Part shown: in pieces, positions 9,241 through 19,306 of the stretch
How positions within the stretch are numbered: position 1 is the first letter of the stretch
How the letters are laid out: the number at the start of each line of letters is the position of its first letter
Virus record (IMG/VR): IMGVR_UViG_3300020045_000842
Coordinates: 1-39,619 of that record
Strand: one strand, 5' to 3'
Source of the DNA: a virus
Taxonomy: Duplodnaviria > Caudoviricetes
Length of the DNA: 39,619 nt
Notes under the pieces: model-generated
What the model saw: the letters and a program-made list of their open reading frames with translations, nothing else
Database searches by the model: none
What the model was told of the DNA's origin: nothing
Made by a program: the position numbers and the translations under genes

Positions 9241-10832
9241 ACTCGCGTTATGCTGATGTGGTTTGCCGTTGCTGTGTTGTCTAGCAAAACTGCTCCACCC
9301 TGATTATGAATGGCTCGCACATCAAGCGTATCAGTAGTGCCGTTCATTTGCACAATTGCCGAAACTGAACTTGCAAACTGTCCAGTAAAACCAGCAACCT
9401 GACTGAGCATTCTATTTCCTTTTGCATACTCAGCACCGTTTTTGAAAATTAGCATTTCCCATCTAGTCCCCAACGGCCAAGCGGCTGAAGCACTAAGCGC
9501 TGTTGCTTCGACATTGTAGAAACCGGCGTTCTTTGCGGTAAATATTCCAGTGCCATTGACGAATTCCGAGAGAGAATCAAACGTTTCAACATTAAAAGTA
9601 AGTTTTGTTGCCGATGCGTTTGGTATAGATTGTGCAGATGAATCCGTGCATCTTACTTTAGTATCAGTAGGACCGACTAAAATTTGATTTTGAGGATATG
9701 TTCCAACAACAACAAAACCGCCAGAAAGAATCTCCCAGTAATTTGGGTCTGTTATCGTAACACCTGTCGAATTACAAGCATTTGTTACCGCATCAAGAAC
9801 AAATTTAAATCTATTTTGACGAACTGCGTTTATGTTCAAACTGACAGCATTAGTTCCAGTTTCTAAATATCCTGCAAATTGGTTAGCATCACAAGCCAAT
9901 TGATTTTCGATAGTAACTGCCGTTGCAAAACTTTGCCAATAGCAAGCAATGCTTTTTCCGATACAGTTAGCATTAAAAACTTGGGTTGTATTTCCAGTTA
10001 CCACACAAGGGTAAGATACTTTAATTTTAAAATTATCAACATTACATGAGTAAATACTGGCTGTAGTAGTATTAAATTCAATACCTTTTTGACCTGTTGC
10101 GCCGCCTGTTGCTTCAAGTCTGAAATTGGTAAATCGCCAATAAGACATACCAGGGTTTTTGATAAACGACAAGTTATTAACAGCTGACGACACGAAAAAG
10201 CCACTCCATTCAGCTTGCCAATCGCCTACAACAAGTTGCCCTGTTCCAGTTAGGATAATGTGAGATTGACCATCATCAGCGCCATCGCCATGCAAACCTG
10301 CCGAAAACGTAACAGGCGAAGAAATGATGTAATCCCCGTAAGGAATGTGAATTGACTTTCCAGTTAAAGCAGCAGCGGCGAAAGCGGCTGTGTCATCGGT
10401 CAGTCCGTCACCAGTAGCACCGAACTGCTTAACGCTAACCCACATTTCACGCAATTCAGTTTGAACTGTTCTAGAAATGGCACCAACGCCAGCTTGAGTA
10501 AATCCTACAAGAGCAGAACCACCCGAACCGCTTAATGTGACTTCAAAAGACGATTGATTGGCATAGCTTGAAACAAGCACTGAGTTTTTATTTCTTATTG
10601 TTATCGAAAAATCAGAACTTACAAAAACCTTTGCAAGCGTTCCATTACGAACAACGAAGCCGTTAATTGTTCGTAATGGTTGCGCGGCTGGTTGCGTGAA
10701 AGCTGCATCCCAATAAACAGAAATTGGCGAAGTTTCAGGATTGGCATTTGCTGTGCCGATGTAAACGTAGCCTGAGTTTAACGGCTCGCCGTCGATATCA
10801 GCAAAGTATGGAAAAATTTGAGGAACTTGCAT
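9237..10832 (-). CDS. Tailspike / receptor-binding protein (P22-type head-binding domain, beta-helix, C-terminal C1q-like domain)
   Basis: N-terminal FADIDGEPLNSGYVYIG...QPLRT; VSVKQFGATGDGLTDDTAAF at the beta-helix start; C-terminal GIFTAKNAGFYNV. Confidence 0.85.
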   Translation of the reverse strand: MQVPQIFPYFADIDGEPLNSGYVYIGTANANPETSPISVYWDAAFTQPAAQPLRTINGFVVRNGTLAKVFVSSDFSITIRNKNSVLVSSYANQSSFEVTLSGSGGSALVGFTQAGVGAISRTVQTELREMWVSVKQFGATGDGLTDDTAAFAAAALTGKSIHIPYGDYIISSPVTFSAGLHGDGADDGQSHIILTGTGQLVVGDWQAEWSGFFVSSAVNNLSFIKNPGMSYWRFTNFRLEATGGATGQKGIEFNTTTASIYSCNVDNFKIKVSYPCVVTGNTTQVFNANCIGKSIACYWQSFATAVTIENQLACDANQFAGYLETGTNAVSLNINAVRQNRFKFVLDAVTNACNSTGVTITDPNYWEILSGGFVVVGTYPQNQILVGPTDTKVRCTDSSAQSIPNASATKLTFNVETFDSLSEFVNGTGIFTAKNAGFYNVEATALSASAAWPLGTRWEMLIFKNGAEYAKGNRMLSQVAGFTGQFASSVSAIVQMNGTTDTLDVRAIHNQGGAVLLDNTATANHISITRV

Positions 10833-10853
10833 TTTTAAACTCCTTGAATTTGA

Positions 10854-12845
10854 TTACGGTTTTTGTTTCTTGGCTTTTGCTTCTTGGACTTTTCTTTTAA
10901 CTTCAAGAAGTTTTGATTCTTTTGCCGATACACCAGCCCCAGGCTCAAACGTTTTTGAAAACTCTTTTTTAGCGCTTCTCGCTTCAAGCAATTTTCTCAC
11001 ACTACTACCGGGTTTGATGATACCAAAGCCTGCCAAGTTAGCAACTCCTTCAACACCTGACTTAGCACCCTCAGCAATTAACGCTGTAGCTGTATTCGAG
11101 TTATTGACAAACGATCCTGAAGGCTGTTGTTTCAGCTTTTGCGCTACGTTACCGAGTTGCCGCATTGTTGCCGCACCTTCTTCACCGAATAATAAATTTG
11201 CTTTAGGTCCGAACTTATTTAAAGCGTTGTTGAATGAACTTGCTGCAAATGTTCCAGCATCGTTGCCGACTTTTGCAGCACCTTTAAAATGATTCATTGC
11301 TGCCGATGCCAGAACTTGGCGCAAATCAGGATCAACTAAATTCAAATTACGAAGCATTGTTTCAAGTCGCGTTGAATCGGCGGCTATAACGTGCTTGTTA
11401 ATAAAATTATCTGGCAGCGCTTTGCCATCAACAACAGACTTGAAAGCAGGATCAGCCTTGATTAAATCAAAACGTTGTTTTGCAGAAGATCGCGCAATGT
11501 CAGCAAGTTCTTTTAATTGCTCTGAGCCTTTTTCCAACGGCAAGTCTTCAAGCGCTTGACGAACTGCGCCGATAGCCTTGCGAACATTTCCATTCGAAGC
11601 CGACCGCATGTCATCGGCTAAAATTGTTCTAAGTTCTTCAAATCCGTTAAAATCCATAGGCAGACCGTCTTTATACTGCCCTATGATGTTTCTAATCTCT
11701 GCCGGTAAATAATGATTGCGATTTGCTTTGTTTAAGTTTTCTTCAGCAGTTTTAACAAACGCCTGCGTATTCATTGGAAACTTGCCGCCGTTCGCATCTT
11801 CAAGCGCTTTATAATTTGCTCTTACTTGCGTTTGCAAATCATCATCAAGCTTCTGATACGCGCTTATAACAATATCGCCGTGCTCAGTTGGATTCTGCAA
11901 ATAAACATCAGGCGCAACTTTTTCTTTAATTGCATTTACGTTATCAATCAAACCTTTGTTGGCTTCGTTGAAACCTGCGACGATTTCAGGCGAACGCCCT
12001 CGTGCGTTTTGCTCTTCTGAAATAATAATTGCATCTTCCATCGCCTGCCCCCTGCTGTAACGAATAGGAACCGGCAAAGTTTCAGCTTCAACATAATTTT
12101 CAATCGCCTTCATGTTCAAAGGCTCACTGCGTTTGATTGTTTCCTCAACAGCCGCTTGCAACTCAGGTGAAGCTTTCGAAACCAAAGCACGTGCCTGCTG
12201 AATCGGATTAACGGCGGCACTCCCCACACTACCCGGTAACGGTTCCGTAATCGCTGAAGCCGCACTTGTGCTTTTTGTGGGGATTCTTTCGGCAAGCTGT
12301 GCTCCGATTTCGCCTAGTTTGCCGGTTCCGCTTTTCACAGCCTGAACCGCTTGCATTGCGGCTGGTTTTAAAGCGTTTTGAAGCCCTGCAAGTTCAGTCC
12401 CCATACCAAGTATAGGCGGCAAGCTTCCAGCCGCTCTACCGAGTGCGGATGCCTGTTCCTGACCGCTTTCTGTGCGAGGCTGATAAGTTAAAGCGTTTGC
12501 GCCTGCTTGTGCGCTTTCTTCAACAGTTTTCGCGGCTTGTGGCGAGAATGGGTTTTCTCTTGCTGCAATCGATTTGCCGATGCCTACAACCGTTCCGCCA
12601 ACTCTTCCAGCCAGTCCGGTTGTTGCGCCAGTGACAGCCGTCAAGCCAGCCTCACCGGAACCAATAACCTTTTCGCCAAGCGTAGCATCGGGCGTAGGCG
12701 CTCCAGGCACGGCCAAGCCGGGTATCTGGTTAGCCATGCTTCCGCGTGCTTCAGCCACAACAGCAGCCAGCTTTCGTGCTGCGTCCATATCGCCAGCCTT
12801 ATCAGCTTTAACTAAAGCGCTTTCAAGTTGTTCTAGCGTAGCCAT
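10854..12845 (-). CDS. Probable DNA ejection / internal virion protein (gp16 position)
   Basis: 663 aa, Ala/Gly-rich and helical; third of three such genes between tail hub and tailspike. Assigned mainly by synteny. Confidence 0.6.
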   Translation of the reverse strand: MATLEQLESALVKADKAGDMDAARKLAAVVAEARGSMANQIPGLAVPGAPTPDATLGEKVIGSGEAGLTAVTGATTGLAGRVGGTVVGIGKSIAARENPFSPQAAKTVEESAQAGANALTYQPRTESGQEQASALGRAAGSLPPILGMGTELAGLQNALKPAAMQAVQAVKSGTGKLGEIGAQLAERIPTKSTSAASAITEPLPGSVGSAAVNPIQQARALVSKASPELQAAVEETIKRSEPLNMKAIENYVEAETLPVPIRYSRGQAMEDAIIISEEQNARGRSPEIVAGFNEANKGLIDNVNAIKEKVAPDVYLQNPTEHGDIVISAYQKLDDDLQTQVRANYKALEDANGGKFPMNTQAFVKTAEENLNKANRNHYLPAEIRNIIGQYKDGLPMDFNGFEELRTILADDMRSASNGNVRKAIGAVRQALEDLPLEKGSEQLKELADIARSSAKQRFDLIKADPAFKSVVDGKALPDNFINKHVIAADSTRLETMLRNLNLVDPDLRQVLASAAMNHFKGAAKVGNDAGTFAASSFNNALNKFGPKANLLFGEEGAATMRQLGNVAQKLKQQPSGSFVNNSNTATALIAEGAKSGVEGVANLAGFGIIKPGSSVRKLLEARSAKKEFSKTFEPGAGVSAKESKLLEVKRKVQEAKAKKQKP

Positions 12846-14110
12846 TACTTACCGCCGTATTTTTTCAAAAGTGCGTCAATTTCACCACTTGAAGGTTTCA
12901 CCGCTGGTGTATCCGGTACAGTTTCAGGAACGCCGTATTTGTCGGATAGATTTTTGCGAGCCTTTAACATAATACGCTGCGCTTCTTTTATGCTAGTTCT
13001 TAGTTGTTCGGGATTTTGCTTTGTGCTAAAACTTTGCAAAGCTGCCCCAAGTTTTTTACCTTCATTTTCAGACAATGCACCAAGCCCTTTCATTTGAGGA
13101 ACTTGTGCCAAAAATGCTTGAGCATCTAAATTTTCCATTAATGCATCAAAGTCAGCGGAGTCTTGACGGAATGAAGGAAGACGGCTTGCAATAGAACCCG
13201 TTGCTTTCTCAAGTCCAGGATGCACCAAAAGCTTATCAGCAGTATTGAGCAAGTTGTCAATATTGCTTCGTGCTGATTCAACTTCTGAAACTTTTGAGTT
13301 TAACTTGTCTTGAATTTTTCCTTTTTCTTCCTGCAATTTCAATTCCATTTCTTGACGTTTAAGTGAATTGCCTTCGCGGTTCGTCGCCGCATTCATAGCT
13401 GCAATGCGATTGCTTTCACGTGCTGAAATAATGTCAGATTCAAGTTTCTTAATGTTCCATCCTTTTGTTTGCAATTCCATAACAGCTTCGGGTTCTGCAA
13501 ACTTGGCTTTAATTCGTGCCGTTTCCGCCTCTGACTTCATTTTGTAAAGTTCAACAGGCGCTTTTTCTGTTTCACGTTGCGTCTTGCTCAAAGATTCAAA
13601 AGTCGAAGCAAACTTATCCGGCCCCATGATTGCAGACAAACCTAATGCCGCTGTAGTTTTTGCTACGTCTGGATGCAATTCAACAAGTTGTGCCATTGCT
13701 TCGGCGTTTTTTGCTTCGCCTTCTTTACCACTATTGCGCAATGCTGTAGCTTGCTCAGTCAGCAAACCTTTTGCAATATCGGAGTTTCCAGATTGAAGCG
13801 CTGAGTAAATCTTGCTTGCATCGTTAAGCTTTCCTTGTTTCTGTTCTTCAGTCAGCGAGGCAAGAGGCGCTTTAAGTTGCTCGGCTAGTTGCGGGTACTT
13901 CGTCATAATTGAAACATAATCTCCAGGCGCGGCGTTTTTATTCATCGCCAAAGCGCCAAGGTCAGCTTGCATTTGCAATTGCGCCTGTTGCTGCGCTTGC
14001 GCCTGCGCTGCTGCTGCCTGCTGTTGCTTAATGGCAAGCCCCGCTTGATAACCCTGAATAGCCGATTCAAACGGATTTTTGACATTCTGAATATAGTTAA
14101 TAGGGTCCAT
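12845..14110 (-). CDS. Probable DNA transfer / ejection protein (gp20-like)
   Basis: MDPINY start, coiled-coil rich, C-terminal QMKGLGALSENEG motif seen in P22-like transfer proteins; synteny. Confidence 0.7.
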   Translation of the reverse strand: MDPINYIQNVKNPFESAIQGYQAGLAIKQQQAAAAQAQAQQQAQLQMQADLGALAMNKNAAPGDYVSIMTKYPQLAEQLKAPLASLTEEQKQGKLNDASKIYSALQSGNSDIAKGLLTEQATALRNSGKEGEAKNAEAMAQLVELHPDVAKTTAALGLSAIMGPDKFASTFESLSKTQRETEKAPVELYKMKSEAETARIKAKFAEPEAVMELQTKGWNIKKLESDIISARESNRIAAMNAATNREGNSLKRQEMELKLQEEKGKIQDKLNSKVSEVESARSNIDNLLNTADKLLVHPGLEKATGSIASRLPSFRQDSADFDALMENLDAQAFLAQVPQMKGLGALSENEGKKLGAALQSFSTKQNPEQLRTSIKEAQRIMLKARKNLSDKYGVPETVPDTPAVKPSSGEIDALLKKYGGK

Positions 14111-14827
14111 TTAAAACCTCGATCCGAGAGTGCCGAATGCTGTCCCGATGCTGTTATAAAGCTGCGACTGTGCATTACCCTGTGCAAGTGAGTTTCCAGC
14201 TTGAGCCGCGCCAATTTGCCCATACTGATTGCTGATTGCATTTGCTGATTGCATTCCTGCATTACCAGTCATCGCCGCTGAATTTTGTCCAAGTGAAGTC
14301 ATTCCGCCAAGGTTTGTATATTGCTGTGAAATAAGTTGGTTAAGCAATTGTGGGCTAAATTGTGCAAGCGCTCCTTGAACGTTACCGCCGCGTAATCCGC
14401 CTGTTGCGCTAGCGTTTTGCAAAATTGAGTTTTGACCTTGCCTGTTAAGTTCGTCAAATTGCGATGAGGTTTTAAGTTGATTAATTGCACTTTGTTGTGC
14501 GGCATTTCCGCCAAGTCCGATTAAATTACCTTGCTGTCCGAGCGCTGTAGTTCCCGCTGCAACGTAAGGGGACAGCAGCTTTTGCAATGCGTTAAATTGG
14601 CGCTGTTGCTCTGCAATGCTTGCTTGACTAGCTTCTGTCTGAGCGCCGCTTGCTTGTGCTGCTGCATCGGACTGAGCATTAGACGACATGATGCCGGAAA
14701 CAACACCGCCACCGACAGTCAGCGCCGTACCCCAGTCATTTCGTTCGCCATAAGCAGCGCCGCCGAAAGGATCACCAATAGGATACTCACTTTGGCTTCT
14801 TCGAATGCTTGATTTACTGAAGTACAT
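14111..14827 (-). CDS. DNA transfer / ejection protein (gp7-like)
   Basis: Q/A/G-rich with LSPYVAAG and ASATGGLRGGNVQ motifs; AGGAG upstream of ATG 14827. Confidence 0.8.
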   Translation of the reverse strand: MYFSKSSIRRSQSEYPIGDPFGGAAYGERNDWGTALTVGGGVVSGIMSSNAQSDAAAQASGAQTEASQASIAEQQRQFNALQKLLSPYVAAGTTALGQQGNLIGLGGNAAQQSAINQLKTSSQFDELNRQGQNSILQNASATGGLRGGNVQGALAQFSPQLLNQLISQQYTNLGGMTSLGQNSAAMTGNAGMQSANAISNQYGQIGAAQAGNSLAQGNAQSQLYNSIGTAFGTLGSRF

Positions 14828-15185
14828 AAACAACTCCTTGATAATTCTTGCCGGTTCTTTTCCAGCCGCAACGCTCTAAAAGCTGCATTGATTTTTTGTT
14901 TTCATTCAAAACGATTGTTTTTGTTACTTCAAAAATTCGGCAAAGATTATTCAAGTTTCTAACAATATTCCACTTGCCGCGAAACTCTTTGCGAATTCCA
15001 ATGTGACCTTCTGATTCTTTTATGCAAACAGCGCCAATCAAATCATTGCCGAGCATTAGTCCAACAACTTGCCAGTCTTTAGCTTTTTGTTCGTATTCTT
15101 CAGGGGAAAGTTGAAAGCGACCCGAATAAGCATCTGCAAGCGCTTTAATCGATTCGGCCCGATTGTAGTTAAATGTGATTTCCAT
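14814..15185 (-). CDS. GNAT-fold protein (position of P22 gp14)
   Basis: HIGIRKEFRGKW and NKKSMQLLERCGWK resemble GNAT motifs A and B. Confidence 0.6.
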   Translation of the reverse strand: MEITFNYNRAESIKALADAYSGRFQLSPEEYEQKAKDWQVVGLMLGNDLIGAVCIKESEGHIGIRKEFRGKWNIVRNLNNLCRIFEVTKTIVLNENKKSMQLLERCGWKRTGKNYQGVVYVLQ

Positions 15186-15259
15186 TTTCTTCTTTCGTGA
15201 CCCGCTGGCCGGTCGAAACTCAGCTTTATTGAATTGTAGCCCACATTAAAATAAAAAGG

Positions 15260-15604
15260 CTATTTTCTGTACCATGTTGAATTTGCTGCGCGATAAACCC
15301 AAGAAGCAAAAGAATTTGCAGCAAGTGTTGTTATTGTTCCTCTGACTGTTTGCCCTGAATTCGGCGTAATTGTAAGCGCTGTTATTATCTGCGTTGATGA
15401 TATTGAAAACGTTTGCCCGTTTGTCTTAGCTTCTGGCATTGTTACTGTTCCAGTCGCAAGCGTTCCAGCAGGTTCTAATATCAGATTGTTCGTCTTAAAA
15501 CCTGCCGTTATGTTGAAACCCGTAATAGGCGCAAAGTATTCAATTTGTGCCTGAACACCTTCATAAACTCCGCTCAAATCATCAAGTCTTGAAACTCTGC
15601 GCAT
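15260..15604 (-). CDS. Hypothetical virion-associated protein
   Basis: Thr-rich, beta-type sequence (LILEPAGTLATGTVTMP) inside the tail operon. Confidence 0.6.
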   Translation of the reverse strand: MRRVSRLDDLSGVYEGVQAQIEYFAPITGFNITAGFKTNNLILEPAGTLATGTVTMPEAKTNGQTFSISSTQIITALTITPNSGQTVRGTITTLAANSFASWVYRAANSTWYRK

Positions 15605-15606
15605 GA

Positions 15607-15951
15607 TTAGCTCTGCACGAAGCCGTCAATGCTACAAGCTGCAATGCTTGACACTGCACCGGCCTGCGCTTGCACAAATCCGCCAGGACCAACAAGCGGC
15701 AAATCCAAATCAACGTAACTGTTAGCAGCAAGCGAAAGAGTCGGTAGAACTACGTTTGCATCAGCCGCCGCACCAGCAGCAGGCACGGCCCATGCTTTGA
15801 TTGTCACCGCACCAGCCGTGACGTTTGCAAAACGTACACGTCCGTTGCGTAACAAGTTTGACGCTGGTGAAGCTGCAATTGTGAAAAGCGTGTCCGGTGC
15901 TGCATTATTAACAAGCTTCGATGCAAAAAACTGGCTAAAAGCTAAAGGCAT
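15607..15951 (-). CDS. Hypothetical virion-associated protein
   Basis: GGAG upstream of ATG 15951; contiguous within the tail operon. Confidence 0.65.
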   Translation of the reverse strand: MPLAFSQFFASKLVNNAAPDTLFTIAASPASNLLRNGRVRFANVTAGAVTIKAWAVPAAGAAADANVVLPTLSLAANSYVDLDLPLVGPGGFVQAQAGAVSSIAACSIDGFVQS

Positions 15952-15952
15952 T

Positions 15953-16252
15953 TTATACTCCAATCATTTCTTCTAAAGCCTTTATTCTGGCTTCGAGTAG
16001 GGTTGTATTTTGTTTTCGGTCTAACGTTGCTTGAATGTTTTCCATTATTAACAAAAGATCGTTAATTTTATTGGTTATAATGTCTTCTCTTCCTCGCCTT
16101 TGTTGCAATGTCAAGAGTGTTAATTCATCAATACTCGCTGGCGTAGTATCTTCAACGCTTCTTATAACAGCTTCGAACGCCTTAACGGCTTCATGATTCG
16201 GCAAAAAGCTTGCAAGAATCTTTCTGTTTAGAATAATCGTTGCTTCAGACAT
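15953..16252 (-). CDS. Small coiled-coil protein (tail needle/plug position)
   Basis: Immediately follows the gp10-like gene; LASFLPNHEAVKAFE N-terminus and heptad C-terminus. Confidence 0.55.
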   Translation of the reverse strand: MSEATIILNRKILASFLPNHEAVKAFEAVIRSVEDTTPASIDELTLLTLQQRRGREDIITNKINDLLLIMENIQATLDRKQNTTLLEARIKALEEMIGV

Positions 16253-17642
16253 AAAGCGCCTCTATTGTCGCCTCTATTCTAACAATTGACATGAACGCAT
16301 CGGAGTTTCCTCTAAACTTCTGAACACGCCATTGTCCCATGCTACCATTTTGAAGCCATGAAATTCTCTTGTTTCTGTCGCCTTGCTTTCCTATTTTCTT
16401 CATTCGTTCCTGCGAGTATGTCACGCCGTCAAGCGAATATGAAGCCCACACTACAGGATTAGCGCCTAGTGCCACACGCCCAGGCAAACCAACAAGTTCA
16501 AGTTCATGAAAAATTGCGCCCTTGCCTTCATTGTAGATAATAATTGTTCCGAAATCCCATGAAGTTGCATCGCCGTAATGTGTCGAAATGTTATCAACAA
16601 AATAGCCTATGTTATTTGATGTGGGGTCGCCGCTAATCCATTTGTCGTAACACCAAACTAAATTTTTTGCACGGTATTGTCCAGTCGATTCAGAGCCAGA
16701 AGTCAAAACAAACCAAACAGGTTCGCCAACTGAAATTGAACCGTTACCGTCATAAACAAGGGTTTTATCAGGCAAATGAATATATAAAAAGCTGTGTGAT
16801 TTATCAACACGACTTTCTATAAAAACATTTGCTAGAATTGATTCAGAATAATCCTGAAGAATTGTGTCAATTTCTCTCGTTGCTATTTTAACCACTGAAG
16901 AATTTGCGCCGACAAAAACAGAAAGACTTTCATTTCTGCCGCTGCCGATAAATGCAATCTGATCCATGAACAAACAAACAGCATGCGTTCCAACTGCACC
17001 TTTTTGAATTTGAGCGCCATCAATTCTAGCGAATGGAAATAACGAACCTCCAACATTATCGAACATTTCGATTGTGTAGCGATTGATTGCGCAAGGCTCA
17101 TTGCGCAATTTTAACAGTCCGACTATAGGATCGGGATCAGCTTCTGAACTTCCATACTTTAGCGGATTTATATCAAGAGGGTTGTTCAACTCTGTGACGA
17201 TTAGCGAATTTCCGTCAGTCGTCATAAAATAACCATCGACCCAAATCATGTCAATGCAAACGCCTAAATCAACGTCCGTCATTTGAGTCAATGTGCCATC
17301 CCAATAAAACAAATTTCCGCTTGAAACTATTGCAAGACGATCAAAAGAATAATCGAAAATAACTTGACCAGAACCGCCAACATCGCCAAGAATCGAAATC
17401 GTTCCGTTGCTGCTGATAGTTACAAGTTTTGTTCCGATGACTCGATAAAGAACGCCATTCCAATTTATGGCACCACGGTCTAAACCTGCACCAGTGGCAA
17501 ACAAAACGATTCCATCAGCCGGTCGCAAATACCCTTCTGAAATGCCTTGTTTCTTTGGAACTGGCACCATGTTACGCGGATAGCTTGTGCGAAAATCCGC
17601 TGAAGCATCCGTATAAATTCCGTTTAAAATTGGCACTTGCAT
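16245..17642 (-). CDS. Tail hub / packaged DNA stabilization protein (P22 gp10-like)
   Basis: 465 aa; PRNMVPVPK...GYLRPADG, WVDGYF and SSEADPDPIVG match gp10-family patterns. Confidence 0.9.
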   Translation of the reverse strand: MQVPILNGIYTDASADFRTSYPRNMVPVPKKQGISEGYLRPADGIVLFATGAGLDRGAINWNGVLYRVIGTKLVTISSNGTISILGDVGGSGQVIFDYSFDRLAIVSSGNLFYWDGTLTQMTDVDLGVCIDMIWVDGYFMTTDGNSLIVTELNNPLDINPLKYGSSEADPDPIVGLLKLRNEPCAINRYTIEMFDNVGGSLFPFARIDGAQIQKGAVGTHAVCLFMDQIAFIGSGRNESLSVFVGANSSVVKIATREIDTILQDYSESILANVFIESRVDKSHSFLYIHLPDKTLVYDGNGSISVGEPVWFVLTSGSESTGQYRAKNLVWCYDKWISGDPTSNNIGYFVDNISTHYGDATSWDFGTIIIYNEGKGAIFHELELVGLPGRVALGANPVVWASYSLDGVTYSQERMKKIGKQGDRNKRISWLQNGSMGQWRVQKFRGNSDAFMSIVRIEATIEALYV

Positions 17643-17674
17643 TTACTTGCTCATTGTGCAGATAGATTTGAAAT

Positions 17675-19012
17675 TCACAGAATCTTAAGAAGCGCATCAC
17701 GAACCGCCGTTACCGCCAGCTGCTCTATTCCAGCGTTATTACAGTGTGTGTCGTCGTAACGGTATGCCGCTTGCCATTTATCGGGGGATGCTCCCGTGTT
17801 CAGAATTGCTCCAAAATCGGCAACGCCAATACCTTTCGCTGCGACAAGAGCGAGTATCTTTGCACGCACGAGCAAGCGAGCAGCATCAGCCGCTGCGTCA
17901 TATCCATCATTCGGAAATGGCGTCCATAGGATCGGGTAGATATTGTTCCTAGCGCAGAAATCCACAAAGTCGAACGATCGGGCCAGGCCGTCTTGAATGC
18001 TACGCTGCGTTGGCGCTGCAAGATCGTTTGGAGAGAAGGGCGCAAAGAAAGCGATATCAGGTTTCGTGATCGGCAAAAGGACTTTGACCGCAGCTAGGTA
18101 GGTCGCACTCGTCTGTCCCGAATAACCGTAGTTCTGCGGGATGATCGGAAGCCCCGGCGTTGAAAGATCGCAGCAAGCGCGAAATAACCAAGTAGACACG
18201 CCATCTGCGGTATAGCTGTAACCTTGGGTCAGCGAATCTCCGACTGCTGCAACCTGAATAACTCGTTGGTTATATCGGTAGATCGGAATGACTGGCCAGA
18301 GGGTCGTGCTCGCTGAGAATGTGGCTCCGAGCGTTCCTACCCCATCTGCACCCACAACTCCACCGAACTGCATGATTCGACCGCGATTATCTGCGGTCGC
18401 GGTCGCCATGTTCGCAACAGTAGCGAGCGTTTGATAGGAACCGGTATCAATTGCCCCGTTTTTATAAACGCGGATGAGTGACAGCGGCCTGGTCGAGGCC
18501 TCCCCCGCTTTGCGCGGAACGGAATAACTCGGAATCCAATCGGATTCAACATATTTTGGCGTGCCGATAGCGCCACCAGAAGGACAGTCCCCGGTAGCAT
18601 TTCCGCTCCAAGTGACCGCATCCCATCCATAATTGGCCGTACTCGTTCGGAGTGCATTATACGTCACGCCCCCCACTACAGGCTGATAGGCGTTAGCCTG
18701 CGTATCAATCGCCGCTGTTTCAGTTGAGGAAACGACCGCTTTATAGCCGGTCGACGCCGTAGATTCGTGGCTAATCACAGCCAACTTTACCGCAGAGTAA
18801 TCCGCTTCGACCTCCTGCTTAAATGACCCCGTAACGTTGCTAGTGCGCCCCGTTGTGATCAATCCACCAATGAATTTATGAGCGCCATGCGTTCCGAGCG
18901 TTCCGTCCGTCATCCTTGACATGTTCAAGTCGCCGTTTGGTCCTAATGATTTGATTTTTCCATTGATTGAATCAATCTCATATTTAACAACATTTCCGGC
19001 TACGGCTCTCAT
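17675..19012 (-). CDS. SGNH/GDSL hydrolase domain protein, probably virion-associated
   Basis: VGDSLTQG (block I), GYSG (II), SPND (III), DDTH (V); GAAGGA upstream of ATG 19012. Confidence 0.8.
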   Translation of the reverse strand: MRAVAGNVVKYEIDSINGKIKSLGPNGDLNMSRMTDGTLGTHGAHKFIGGLITTGRTSNVTGSFKQEVEADYSAVKLAVISHESTASTGYKAVVSSTETAAIDTQANAYQPVVGGVTYNALRTSTANYGWDAVTWSGNATGDCPSGGAIGTPKYVESDWIPSYSVPRKAGEASTRPLSLIRVYKNGAIDTGSYQTLATVANMATATADNRGRIMQFGGVVGADGVGTLGATFSASTTLWPVIPIYRYNQRVIQVAAVGDSLTQGYSYTADGVSTWLFRACCDLSTPGLPIIPQNYGYSGQTSATYLAAVKVLLPITKPDIAFFAPFSPNDLAAPTQRSIQDGLARSFDFVDFCARNNIYPILWTPFPNDGYDAAADAARLLVRAKILALVAAKGIGVADFGAILNTGASPDKWQAAYRYDDTHCNNAGIEQLAVTAVRDALLKIL

Positions 19013-19013
19013 T

Positions 19014-19304
19014 TTAAAATCCTTCACCAGTAATGATATGCAACGAAGTCCCAGCCGCTGAAATGTGACTTAAAAATGAGCCTTCTTCACCTTTTGAAAT
19101 CGTTACTTGACTTCCTGCAAGAATCGGGCAATCTGCTGTGGTTGCTGCAATTGTTGAAGAATTCGAAATGCGAACGTAACAAACATTTGCACCGAGATTA
19201 GTTAGCATTACCGTTTTGTCATTTGCTGGAATTGCAACTGATGCAGCAGCGGCAGCAGGTGCAACAAGCTGCCCAGTTGCGTAATGTGGGTTGAAAGTTC
19301 TCAT
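19014..19304 (-). CDS. Hypothetical virion protein
   Basis: Contiguous within the structural operon; LTNLGANVCYVRI and C-terminal HIITGEGF. Confidence 0.65.
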   Translation of the reverse strand: MRTFNPHYATGQLVAPAAAAASVAIPANDKTVMLTNLGANVCYVRISNSSTIAATTADCPILAGSQVTISKGEEGSFLSHISAAGTSLHIITGEGF

Positions 19305-19306
19305 GA

